Below, in pieces: positions 26,308-38,957 of a stretch of DNA of 64,000 nt. Under the pieces are notes generated by a model. The model did no database searches, was not told where the DNA came from, and was given only the letters and a program-made list of their open reading frames with translations. Position numbers and translations under genes: made by a program. This DNA is from Phoronis australis. Taxonomy: Eukaryota > Animalia > Phoronida. Position 1 is the stretch's first letter. Each line of letters begins with the position of its first letter. The stretch is taken from assembly GCA_002633005.1 (NCBI GenBank), contig NMRA01000093.1:215833-279832 (forward strand), written 5' to 3'.

Positions 26308-26748
26308 CCCGTTCCAACCGCCGTAACAACATTCACGAGTCTATTGAATGCAAGCCGTTGCAGGCTTGCAGCTCAGTGTAATATATTACTACAATACATT
26401 ATACACCGTAACATTCTTCAACGAGTCCTACATGCGTGTTTCAGTACGCTCCAGGATCAAGTCGATGTTTACTCTTGTCACCAAGATTTTGGCTTATATT
26501 CAGCTTCGAGACTAGCGGCAATCTGTATTTTGCGCAGCCTCAGATGAAATTACCGCTATCCCAGAACTCTTAGGTCTCGCGACTTCATACTTGCTCTAGT
26601 TGCTCAAAGAAAAGGTTGTCTCATTGTGGGCTTGTTGAAGAGTGTTATAGTGTATAATGTATTGTAGCAATGTATTACAGTGAGCTGCAAGCATGCAACG
26701 GTTTGCATTTAATAGACTCTTGAATGGTGTTACGGTGTTTGGAACGGG
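26308..26748. mobile_element. MITE with ~120-bp TIRs in neuropeptide intron 2
   Basis: cccgttccaaccgccgtaacaacattcacgagtctattgaatgcaagccgttgc... mirrored by ...gcaacggtttgcatttaatagactcttgaatggtgttacggtgtttggaacggg; flanked by TA and TG. Confidence 0.8.
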
Positions 26749-27029
26749 TGGGAAATAACAGCCTGTCAATTTCATTTTCAGTCAGCGGCCTTCAATTTTT
26801 AGCACAATAGTGCACTTGTAAGTTCGTCACAGCCCCACACGTATCTTCTAATCGGAACATAATTATAGCGGCAAGTGATCCAATTCAAAGTTGTTAAAAA
26901 ACAAACCGGCAGTCGAGAGCACTTACATTTAGCATAGATGTACGAGGTATCAACATCTGAATACAGACGCACTTAGAGTGCAGCTAAGTATGTACGGATG
27001 TCTGTCGGTATCTGCAATCTGGGTGTGGC

Positions 27030-27960
27030 CCTTGAGATCTTTTGAGATGCCGAAAACTGAGGTAGGCTAAAAATTCGAGGTACCTCCCAAAACTGGTTTA
27101 TAATTAACAATAGCGCCGCACTGAGCACTGAATGACCTACGACAGACAAATTGTACTTTGGAAAGGTTTCATCAGGAGCCCGAACTTTCCCCTTAAAAAT
27201 GAGCTGGCTCAAACATTTGAGGCAACACGAAAAACAATTCTATGATTCGGTTTATGTCATTGATCACTAAATGACAAATTTATGCTGGGCTGGGCCCTGA
27301 AGAAACTCCCAAAAAGTTCACCAACACAATGTAAATTACCTTTCCAACTGTATTAGTTATCCAAGGTACAGGTAAAATTAATTTGAAATCACAATACACT
27401 GAGCGCCAAACGACTCATGCTTGAAAACTGCAGTCTAGAAAGGACCCGCTCGAGATAAAAATCACCTCACAAAATTGAACTTGACCAACAAAAAAAACCG
27501 TTTTGGAATAGGATTCATAAAACATAATACCAGGACATTTTCATATGACTCCAATCAACCATTCTTGAGATATGACGTTCCAAAGTTAGGCAAAGTCGGA
27601 CGTTTCTCTAAGGCCCAACATGGCCATAATATTGAGAGCCTTTTTGGGGTTTTGGAGGGCTCTTCAAGAAGGCACTTTATGTCAATTGTCATGCTTTGTT
27701 CAGCGTGGCACAAATGTTCATTTTGAATCAATTTTGACCTGTAACTCGAATATTTAATCTAGCACCCATATTCAAGAACATTCCATTTCTGGTGGGCCCA
27801 ACCCAGAGGGATTTTGTCTTCCAAGTAGGCCTTTTAGTGATCAGAGAGAGGCATGCATTTAATCATGTGAATTTGTTTTTGTGCTACCTCAAATGGTTGA
27901 GCTAGCTCATTTTCGGGGGGCCTTTGGATTTTATGGCAGACTCTTCATTGTAATTTGAGG
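27030..27960. repeat. Degenerate long-period repeat / foldback family (GACAAATT...CTGG...TTCGAGGTAC motifs); related to 18500-18750 and 21050-21560
   Basis: Recurrent motifs on + at 27030-27480 and inverted at 27640-27960 (aaaatgagctggctcaaacatttgagg vs cctcaaatggttgagctagctcatttt). Confidence 0.5.
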
Positions 27961-28130
27961 TTCGAGTATACAACCCTATCTTGAGTTCGTACACTGTACT
28001 AGGTAGAACAGAAAAATATCAAAAGTTGACCTCCCTAAATCCGCTCAAAGGCTATAGAAACAATCGAGTAGGCCAAAACGAAAAGCAACACAAGTATGCC
28101 AGCACAGGGTTTTAACATGAGATACATTAC

Positions 28131-28332
28131 CTATATTGCAACACACTCCATCAGAAGCACAGTTCCCTTGGTCACCACATGGTTTTCCTGCCACCACGCA
28201 AGGGATAATGTTCTCGTTTTCGCGTGAACAAACCCTCGAGTATTCGGAACCTATGAGACAACCGGAAGTAGGTGTACAACATATATCTGGTCCAAAGCAC
28301 TGTCCCTCGTTTCTCGGTCCGCATGATGCACA
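28131..28332 (-). CDS. Vasopressin/oxytocin-family precursor, exon 2: neurophysin core (CASCGPRNEGQCFGPDICC...CASDGVCCNI)
   Basis: CxxCGP...GxCFGPxICC and CxxEN...PC...CA..GVCC neurophysin motifs; ttgcAG/GTaatg; 202 nt, phase 0 in and phase 1 out as in the canonical family gene structure. Confidence 0.97.
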
Positions 28333-30843
28333 CTGCAATAAATATTGTGTAACTGTTATTTCATAAGATAATTATCATAAACAGTAATTGTCGTGTTTTT
28401 TTTTCAAAAAAGCAACATTCCCCCACAGATTAAAATTAAATATTTAGTTTCCATTGCTTTCCACAGCATTTCTTTAAGCGCATAATTTCTGCCAGTAATG
28501 TACAAGTTGCTTGGAACGACCTCTAGTGGCTTAAGTGTCATGGCAAATACTTATCATCCAGTTTCAGGACAATTAATTTTCTACTCTTTTAGCAACTTTT
28601 AACATAGTTTTCTCTCTAGCGTGCGAATCAATTTACACGAATATTGCACAATCATTTTTGGTCTATGGTTAAAGAAATCGAGTCGCAGTCTTCGTGCGCA
28701 CTGCGGAGACATAGGTAATAAAAACTGAAGGATTGGAACGGTCTTTTAAAAAGGGAGTTGGATTGTTGGTATCTACTGTTTTAGAGTTACAATGTGTACA
28801 TGTACTTCAGACACGAAGTCTATCGCAATTTATGTTCAAAGAAAAAACAAAACTTTTCAAAGAAAATGGAAATAGCGTGATTATAAACTATCGCGTATGT
28901 CTTAAGGCATGGTATAAATTTTCTTCACCCAGACAGGATTTAGGTTAAAAATGGACAGTTAATTATTAACTTGACATCACGTGCACGAACATTACGATTT
29001 CATGTACGTTAACGATAAGTGTAAACTTAAGGTCAAGACAGTGCATTTAGACGGACACATAACTCAGTAAAATATATTGTTTTGTGAAAGCAGAAACACT
29101 GTGGAAATTGATGTTCTAATTAAAACCAATCTGCCACTTATCAGGTGAAAATTAAGGTAAAAAGGAAATTTACAGCAACGTAACGGTGTCAAAGCAAGAC
29201 CAAACTTCATTGCTGAAGCTGGACTACCAAACACAAAATATATACAGAAACTTTGACAGCTGTTTAAAGTATCATTTTGTTTTCATTTGATGCACTTTTT
29301 GAGTCTTAGATGTCTACTGTCGATAATCCCTCATACAGTGTACATGTAGTAAAGTGAAACTCCTAAACATGAATGCAGCGTTTTGAAGAACAATGAAAAA
29401 AGCACAGCGTCTGCGATTTTCGTTTGAATCCGGCCAGTCTGACGTTCCGACGTTCTGGTGAACACTTGGAATTTTTAAGGCTACCCATCACCTTAAAATT
29501 GGCAGATGTTTACGAGAACAGGTCTCTCTGGTCAAATATTTCTTATGTAAAATGAATTACTGTTAGTCGTAGTAGACTCCGTGACAAGAAAAAAATCCCA
29601 CTGACTTGAAACTCGTCCTTAGGAAATAAAAGCGAAACTCCGAGATTGGTTATAACAAACACCGGTCTTTCCTGTTTGTCCAATTAACCGGGCTGTAACA
29701 TTAAAACTGAGTACTATGTCGAAAGATTAATTTCCGAAATATCATCGTACAAACAGGAGAGTCAAACACATCTTTTAAATAAGCTGACAGCCTGATCGAA
29801 CGGACATAGAGCTATAAAACATTGCCCTTCCTCTTATAATTTTTATACTTGAACAATTTGCCCTTGAGACAATTCTCGTCCACTGATTGTCACTTTAAAG
29901 AATACTGGGCTATTTTTGTTTCTCGGAAGATAAATTAACATTTCTCAGCTAAAAAGCTGTCACCACTGCGTGAAAAAATGGATTTGACGGTTCGAGACGC
30001 GTACCCTCTGGCCGCGACCGAAGCGTTAGCCACGCTTGCCGATTTAGCAAATTTTAGTCAAGAAGTTTTCGAACTTAAATTAAACTGGCCGACAGTTCAT
30101 TATTTTCGCCCAACACCCACATCTCTTTGCTTCAATACTGCCGCGGTGCCTTCTTAAGTGATAGTCACTAGCAAGTGAAAACACCGCGGTGCGATTCGTA
30201 GACGCAAGGCACTTAGGAAAACCAATATCACACAAAGTCACTCGAATGAAAAGCGAGTGTTTTGCAAGTACGCTAGAAATCTTACTAAAGTACAGTTCTC
30301 AAAGTGGCGACGACTGAAGGGATTGTTATCCGGGGCTGTAATGTTAAGTTAATGATAAAATTCTGTGTTGCACGGGAAAAGACATCTCGACACAAGTTCA
30401 TCCCAGGTACCTTGAGTCTACTCTATCCGGCTCTAGTGTGGTCACGTATTTTTTTCGAACTGTCCATCGTTCAGTTACCCAAATCGACAACTGTCCGTAG
30501 CTCCAGCCAGCGGGTATGTCGTCATGTTCTCTTGATTGCGTGAGTATTTGTTCTAGCTGGGAAGAGCTAACGACATCGGAGGGCTCCTGAGGTGTCCCTC
30601 TATGCCCAAAATGCACTTACAACAACGTGACTTTATAGTTTAATCAGTGTGAGACATTATTCGCCGAAAAGCTTCCGGCGTATGAAGGGCTTATGGGATG
30701 CCAACCGTCTCTACTGGGAGCAGATGAGACGGCGGTACCGTGTAGTACTCTGCTTGAAATACACGCAATACCTAGCGGGTATTTGTTTGATTTCACTACC
30801 CTCGCAGGACAATGATCATAATGAAACATCCGTTCGTGCATAC

Positions 30844-31014
30844 TCGGATGTTTCCGTAAAGCCGTACCGGTGGTCCACTATTTGTTGGCGGCATTTCGTA
30901 TAAGCCCCTTTTACCACCTGATGGGCAGTTTCTCCAGAAGCACGCGGAACAGCACATCACAAAACAGAGTAATACCACGGGAACACAGGTGGAAATCCCA
31001 TTCGTTGGAGTCAT
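30844..31014 (-). CDS. Vasopressin/oxytocin-family precursor, coding exon 1: signal peptide (24 aa) + CFWRNCPSG-GKR + linker
   Basis: Hydrophobic signal ending ...CSA, then Cys1-X4-Cys6-Pro-X-Gly and a GKR amidation/cleavage site; phase-0 donor either after 30844 (CGA|GTatgc) or after 30868 (CCG|GTacgg). Confidence 0.93.
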
Positions 31015-31879
31015 TGTTAACCTGAAATAGAGAACAATAAATTAGAACTTTACTAATTCACGTTTTGTCTGAGTGAACATTATACCGAGTGCCGGATTTT
31101 AGACGTTGATCCCGCAAGGCCACGCAAAATTGCGTGAGTAAAAGGCCGAGTATGCTCGAGAATTTATTCGCGTACTCTAGCAAAATGGCAGTCACTGAAA
31201 TGATTGGCTGGTAAGGTTGGGATGTTCAATAATGGGATGGAGTTCACTGTTTCCTTTATATAATCGAAGTTTTCTCGTAGTAAGTAGAGCGCAAATGTCT
31301 TGGATCTTCGGAACGCAGCTCAAGATAAGAGATCCACGTTATTCTTGAGCCTGATGAGGGCAATGTGCAATAGTGAGGTCCAGGGGAGGCGACAGATTAA
31401 TTATTATTTCGGCTTAGGTGCTTTCAGGTGCATAGTAATAGCTCTTCGAATGTCACCAAAATGGCGTTACTTTCTTTTTTCACTTTAGAGAGTGAAACCA
31501 CAGGAAAAGTGGCGGGCAGTCACGTATTCTACTGCTGGTTTTGAGCAGGTGTATAAATATTTCGCTGTACAAATTTCTCCCTAAGGACACGCACGTCATG
31601 TTCTGAAATAACATGAATGCTTTTTCCAAGAGGTCTCTTGAGAAGGTGCGCTCAACTTTACATCGCAGTGACTTGCTGTAAGTTGTTTGTTGAACCTGGC
31701 AAACCATACTCAAGGACAATATTATAGCTCAAAGGACCAAGTCCCCAAGCGAAAACGCCAACAATTAAATGCATGTATTTTTACCAATTGGTCAAGAAAA
31801 AAGAACCATTAATTCATGTTTGGGAGATAGGTGAGCCTGTCAGGATAATTGTAATTCTTATTTGTTGATGGTCTTTCTG

Positions 31880-32110
31880 TTCCTACCGCTCAGAGTGCTG
31901 GGAGAACTGCTGATTGTTGACATACAATTTCTAAATGTTCTACCTTTGTCAGAGGAAAAGTTTACACAAGAAACCCAAGTGGGGCAAATTACAGGGATGG
32001 GAAGAATCCAAGTTCGCGTGCCAATCGAACCGCTAGCTAACTACTCGCTCTATAAAGGCCTGGCCAGACTGCACGCGAGCGAGCGACGCGATGTTATTGG
32101 CGTTCAGTTA
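31880..32110 (-). promoter_or_regulatory. Candidate promoter / 5'UTR exon of the neuropeptide gene
   Basis: On the minus strand: CCAAT (~32096-32100), TTTATAGA TATA-like (~32049-32056) and possible GT donors near 31943/31887; an acceptor at 31022-31023 just before the ATG implies an upstream non-coding exon. Confidence 0.3.
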
Positions 32111-33447
32111 GGAAGAAATGATGCTTGTTGCAATGTCTGTACTGAACGTGAGCGACGAGTGTGGCGGCCGGGAGAGATGCAACATTCCCATTTCTGTGCC
32201 GTCACATCGTCTTGCTTGAACCAACCTCGGTGCACAAATGTCGACTTGATCGGAAGAATTTTAAACTTCCTTTAAATAGTGATATTTCCCTTTCACTTCG
32301 CTCACATTGCTCTCGGGCGTGCAATCTGCGGGCCAGTGTTATAAGCGAAACACTAACGAAGAGCGATTAGACTGGTTCAAAATTAATGTGTTGATCGACA
32401 CCGCCGAGTTTCATTTATTTTTTATTTCAAAACTCTCTGTTTGCAAATGCCAGTAAAAAGGGGTTTGCGGAACGCCGAAATACTGGGAAAGTACACCAGG
32501 AAGATAAACGTGCTTCTTTTTCCCCGACCTTGCTCTTGGGAGATGTAGACTTTCTTAATGTTTTTACCACCATGAGCATCTTTTAATCAGTGGTTTATTC
32601 AATCTACTGTGTCAATTTTGACTTCATCTCAATCGTTTTGTTATCTACTATATCAAGAAGGGTAAATTATTTAAGCGAGTCAGAAAAGTTGTTGCAAGCA
32701 GTTTATCCCGTTCAATCCGCCATCTTTTTGGTCACATCACGTGACCTAATGAATATAAATCCGACCGGTCGGGGCAGAAATCTTTCCACGCCTCAATGAA
32801 AAAGACCGAAAAGCTGTTGTTTCAGCGATATTAAAAGTTAACTATGTAAAAAAAACTTTGAAAGCTGTAACTGAAAGTTCGTGAAATGTGTCACGTAAAA
32901 ATAACACACAGCTGAATGGGAATTTCCTCAAGAAGGTGCGGTTTGACAAATTCAGTTGATGGAATAACGCTTGCAGACTCGGCGAGTCTTTCTTAGAACG
33001 CAACATAACGTACATCGTGTAGGGAATGTTGAAGACACTTGGCATTAACGTTACACTGGTCGAAATTAAATAATCCACGTAGGTGATGGTTTATTTGTTT
33101 GACATGTCAAAGCCTCTTTGATAATGCTAAAGCTCAATTGTATAGTATCCAGGTCCTCATTTGTTGAGTTCATTGAACTATCAATCATCGATATCGTAAG
33201 GCGAAAAACAGGAATTTCGAGCTACTGCTGCTGCAGCCTGTGCATGTAGTCGATCCACCGAATGGATGTAATATTTCTCATTTTCATATAAAACTCGACG
33301 ATAGTGATTTACAAGAGACCTATAGGTTTCCTATCGCGGTGAATTTGAGAAGTATTCTCAATGTAAAGCCACATACCAAATTACTCGTCCACACAAAATA
33401 TGTGCCTTGCCATCATGAATCGGGGGTAACTTTAAAAGCTCGCGGCC

Positions 33448-35988
33448 TTGACACGTCGTAAAATGAACCAATTTCGTAAAATACAACAACTATTACATTT
33501 AAGGTCATTTTTACATTTTACGTCGCTAGGCCTCTTCTAAAATGTAACAAGTTGTTACAATTAATGTAATTGTTACAATTTACGTCGAATAGACATGCGA
33601 GAAATGGTACCATTGTTACATTTTACGAAAGCGACGTCACATTTCATGAGTTTGTATGGTATTTGTCACACGGAGGTAAACGGTTCACACACCTAACGCC
33701 TTCTTTCTCGGATTTTTTTAGATGAAATTCTATCAAAAGTGCCAGCTCGAATTTGTAGATGTGTCCTAATGTGCATTCCATTGTTTTAAACATGAGTAGT
33801 TTCTTGGTGTAGCCAAAACTGTACCAGTACAGTTTCAACTCCATAGAAAATGAGATTCCTGGATCATGTAATCGCGGGTTGTGGCGGTGGACAGGATTGT
33901 TCATCCATGAACAACCCTGCCCATGTGGCACATACTGAGCCACAACACCACGTTCCTTACAATATCTCTTTTTATCACTACGGCTGGTCTGCTCACTCAG
34001 CTTGTCCGGAACCTGCTTTGCAGGTTGTTATAGCCCAGTTGGCTGTTTGATGTACCCACTTGGTACTTTATATGATATTTGACCATTTGGCAGTTTGTTC
34101 ATATTTGGTACTTCTTATTGAATTTGCCGTTTTGCTCGACCCTCTTGGTAGGCAATCGGCCAATACCCATTTAGTATTATATACCCATTTGGAACCATGC
34201 TCACCTGTGCCACTTAGTATTCGATACTCAATTACACATTGGGTATCGTACATGTAAATGTGTGTGTTATCTGTAATTAAGGAACCCATCTAGTTCCTTC
34301 TGTAAAATATTTATTTGTAGAGCTGTGACCCTGAAATTCCCAATACAACTTGAAATATATACTTTTCTTGTTGTTTTATTTGTCCACAGTAATGAGTTTT
34401 TTAATTGTTAAAGCGTTCTTACAGTCTTTTGTTGGCGCTCACAGGTCATACACCGATTGTGTATCCGGCAATATAGTAAACACATTTCTCTTAGTGACAT
34501 CGAGTTTGGCTAATATTTATCGCAATTCTTTGGGAACAAACGACAATAACAAAATTTTGCAAAGGAGAATTCAATTTCGGAAGCCATTTTGATAGAAAAA
34601 AGCACCCGTTTAAGTCCATGATGGTTTGGCATATTTCGGTCAGTGTTTTATTGCCTTGGAGTCATTGTTATTGCAGTAAGTGCCTTGCTCCACACAAAAG
34701 GAGCAAAACCAAAGTTTTTGATGGCGAGTGGTTCTGTCTACCACCTTAGTTACGAATGACATGTTTTTGAAGACATTGTGGTGGAAGGAAATAAAATCAC
34801 GCATTTAATTTCAGGCAGGTTGACAGATTTTGCCAGTACAACTAGCAAATTATCGACTTTAAAAAGGGCCAATATTTCAAAAAAGTGGCTGCATAGTAAC
34901 ATGACTTGTTCTAAACAGCTTAAAAGCCGAAAGAATTACCATTGATCCTATGACGTCAAACCTGTCTGAAATAGTGGTGGAAACAACGGATCAAACCGTG
35001 ACGTGTATACGTAAAAATGGGAGGCCTAGCAGGGGAAATAGAAAATATTTTGGCACTCTGAAAGGACATGATCATTTTGCTCAAACCTGGTCTAGGTCGA
35101 TAGTTTAAATGGGCAATAGTCCGAAAAAAGCTGACTGACGGCTTTTCGGACTCTAAAAACATGCACGTTCTCTTTCTATTATCTTTTAAGGTAAAATATG
35201 AATTAAAATTGCCATTTGGTCAGTGTTTGTTAGGTCGAAGCACATATAGACAAACACAGAGATTGGACATTCTATTATTAATGGACGTGAGGCGCCATTT
35301 TTGTGTTGCAGGGCGCTGTAAATAACACGCACAGATGTAGGCAGATAAGGGAACTTGGTATACCAACCCTTTTGCTACATCGCATAAAAAGTACATGATA
35401 ACCATCGCTGACTTCTGCGTTGATCGTTTTTGTTCCATACAATCCACTTTCAATGAAATCTAGTTCAAATCACACATTGGGGCCCGTTCGACATAAAATT
35501 GTTGAGTGTTTTGTTTGTCCGTTGCCATCTATTCTAATAACCCGGTGGCCGCAGTTATAGCCTCTAGAGTTTAACTTAACGCAATTTCCGAACTTGCACA
35601 AGCGAGCCCCAGTTTTTTAAAAGGAATGTTTTCAACAAGATACAAAAATGTTTACACGGTGGATATCCTCACGTTTAGAAGTAAGTCGCAAGAAAAGGAT
35701 TGCAGTCTGAATTCAGGTCTTCGTGGCAGACTACAGAAGGCTATAGTTACATTTTCAAACAATACCGTGCTGGCCAACAGTTCAGAAATAATCAATTTTT
35801 GAAGTTGATGCACGCCTAAACAAGATTTCAAATCTCAACCCTAATAAATGAGATGATTTTAAAAATCTTTCATGACCATGATGTACTAGCACTACTATAT
35901 GTTAAATTGTAGTGTGTACAATGCACTGTGTCCTCGTTAAATGAATTCAAAAATATTAGTAACAATAACAATGACAATAACAATAATA

Positions 35989-36041
<53 letters not shown>

Positions 36042-36880
36042 AATAATAATGTTGACAATAATGATAACGGTAATGAGTAATAGTAGTGGTAGCAGTAATA
36101 GTAGTAATAGTAATGTAATACTTAAAAAATGGTAATGGTTAGGCAAATTCATGCCGTGTCAGCCCGGAAGGCATTCCTATAGAAGAGGTATACGAAAAGT
36201 TTCATCCAAAAGGGTGCTTTTTCACACAAAAAAAATACTCTGCAAAATTGTGAAATTTTCGACAAAATATTATCTAAGAAGGTGCCTTATCTAAATTTCT
36301 GGAATAGAACTGTGCAAAAATGTGAATTTTTACACAAAACATGCGCGCACCAAGCCTAAAATATAGGGGGGGGGGCTCAAATTTCTGACAATGTGGACCT
36401 TTTACTAACAAAAAACGGGGGATTAAAAGAACGAAGTACCACGTTCAGAGCTGTGAATTGTGCATACGTGCCCTTTTAGTGGACTTTTGTCGCGTTTTCT
36501 CGGACTGTTTGTGTCTCTGAGGAGGACCCCTTTGCCCACTTCGCCAAATGGGAGGGCTCGTTTGAGCCCCCTCTGGTGCGCGCATGCAAAACTAGTATTT
36601 AAATGGGTCACTTTTTTGTCCGATCCCACTCTCTAAATGGGTAGATATCCAAATTTTTCGGGCGGCACCCCTTGTCCAAAAATGCTCCAGTACCACCGGC
36701 CGTGTCAGATACCACTTGATCATGGTTTTGGTCATTTTCTTCGTAACATGACAGTGGTTTCGTAAAATGTAACAATGGTACATGTCTCGCATGTACATTA
36801 GACTTTAAATGTAACAACTTGTTACAATTTAGGAGAGGCTTAGCAACGTAAAATGTAACGAAATTGTTATATTCTACGGC
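33448..36880 (-). mobile_element. Same long-TIR element family, copy 2, opposite orientation, longer interior
   Basis: Left arm is the reverse complement of copy 1's right arm and vice versa; homologous interior with an (ATG/ATA)n tract at ~35960-36120. Confidence 0.65.
35960..36120. repeat. (GAT)n/(AAT)n microsatellite
   Basis: Direct inspection; gives the poly-Met/Ser/Ile pseudo-ORFs. Confidence 0.95.
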
Positions 36881-38348
36881 TACACTGATGCAAAAGTAAT
36901 TTCGTTGACGCACTGTCATTGCTTACGCCAGGCCAACGGACTCACTAAAACTGGAAGAGGAGACGGACAAAAACTATCATGGACCATAGATCTTCCAAGT
37001 TGTCTCAAAGATCTGAGGTCGTATGGGTCATTTCACCAATGCCCACGTTTTCTAAAACGATCCTTGTGAATGATTCCATATCCCAGTGGTTTCGTGTCTA
37101 AAAGAAATAGCTCTAATTCGATGTTCAGTGCTCATGATTCAAAAATGCAATCAAATTAATTCGTTTGATTAGTTAAGTTATGATAAAGCCTTAATCAGAG
37201 ATCATAAACAGAACTCCATAGAGGCAGATTTCTTTTGATGGCTTTAAAATAATATAGGGCAAATGAAACAAAAATAATCAGCTAGCAATGACTAAACAAA
37301 TTGTTTATATAAAGGTACGCATTCCTCTCTCCAGAGGCCTATACTAAGTAATGGGTTAGAATTATCGATACTTTTGTCAGTGCTTAACTAAGCCTTGGGC
37401 ATCTTCCGGAATATAGATAGTTCCCCAGTGTTTATATTAGCTGAAAATATCACTGTTGAAAAGTTAAAGAATAAAAATACATTGGATACCGACCTGTCTT
37501 CTGTCAACGTTGACGCAGAATGCTGATAATTATGTATCTGATTCACTTTGAAGAAATTATGATCTTTATAGTAGCTTGATTGGTTGGCAGCTTGGGCATG
37601 TTCACTACGTAGTCGAGACGTCGAGTTCTTCTGACGTCAAACCATATAGGTTCATGATGCATTGTATAAGACCTACTCTACATCATTAATTTCTTTGCTA
37701 GACTTCACAGGAAACGGCAGGGATTACAATTGTGATGTGCACGCTTACATGCTTTCTGGTGGCAACATCCCACGGCGGGTTAATCCCACGAAAGAGGCAT
37801 ATATTGCGTGCCGTTCGAAGGGTGACTTTTTCAAGACCATTTTCCATACGAACGGCTGATTTTTCAAAAGGATTACTTTGGGAAGTTTGAAACCACAAAG
37901 GTACCTTTTCCAACCACACAGGTCTACAGACGGACTTCCAATCATCTCTATTAAGTTTTGGATGAAAAAATTCTATTTATTTTTGATAACATGGCATATC
38001 TTCTTATATTGTTTCATGTCTAATGATTTAAAAATTCAGCTCTCCAAGAACCCCAGCTTTAGGGAATTAACTTTTACCAGAAGGTGAATATTTTGGAGCT
38101 CAACCTTACGAAATGATGACCTCGTGTAAGCGCCTTTCAAACGGATCCCTTTTTCTAAAGATCACTCTCAAAATGGGTGTGTGTCTTAATTTTCCAGCTG
38201 CATACCCGTCAAAATAAGTGAAAGCTCCCAACCATGGACATTCCACGCACAAAACTCCTCACCCATGCCTCACACGTTTCAAATCAAGTGACACTTAAAT
38301 GAGACCCGAGTTGTATCAATTATATAACGGATATCTGAGCCAGTAACT

Positions 38349-38414
38349 AAAACTGATCGTAAACTGGTCGTAAACTGATCGTAAACTGGTCGTAAACTGA
38401 TCGTAAACTGGTCG
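38349..38414 (+). repeat. 11-bp tandem repeat AAACTG(A/G)TCGT x ~6
   Basis: Direct inspection; alternating A/G variants. Confidence 0.85.
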
Positions 38415-38957
38415 ATCCTCCTGAGTGTTGTGGCAGAGTTTCTCTTTACAAAATATTTTATAATTAGTTTTTGTTTTTTAAAGTTATGTGGAACTATATT
38501 GATATTTAAGCTAATACATAAAAATATTAATTTTAACTCAGTAAAAGTATTCATTTCTCAACGTAGAAAGTGTATAAAATTTGATTTTTAATGTTTTACT
38601 AATCCGTCAAACTTAACAAAGAGAAAGCTACAGTGATAGTGAAACAATAGCATCAATGAAATGATCAAATTCTAGTTGACATACATGTTTAATACGTCAT
38701 ATCTCAAAACCGCTGTTGCAGGTTTTTTGAAACCCCCTGAGCACGATGGAATATTCTAGAAACAATTGCTAAAAGTGTTTTGGAGAACGCTACACAAAGC
38801 ACAGCATGTGAAAGCTTCATATAAATATTATCAGCCATACCTGAGATAACATATTCCGAAGTTAACCAAAGTTCTCTAAGGATTTAGGTCTTACTTAACT
38901 TTAAACCGTTTGAAGGTGGTTCTGTAGTAACATCAATTCAAAAATTAGTTGGTCTAG

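Noticed and set aside
27930-28000. Candidate neurophysin exon 3 (GCILEPQ...) just after exon 2
   Set aside because: Wrong phase, lacks the final Cys and overlaps a repeat; the exon at 26024-26124 fits phase and Cys pattern.
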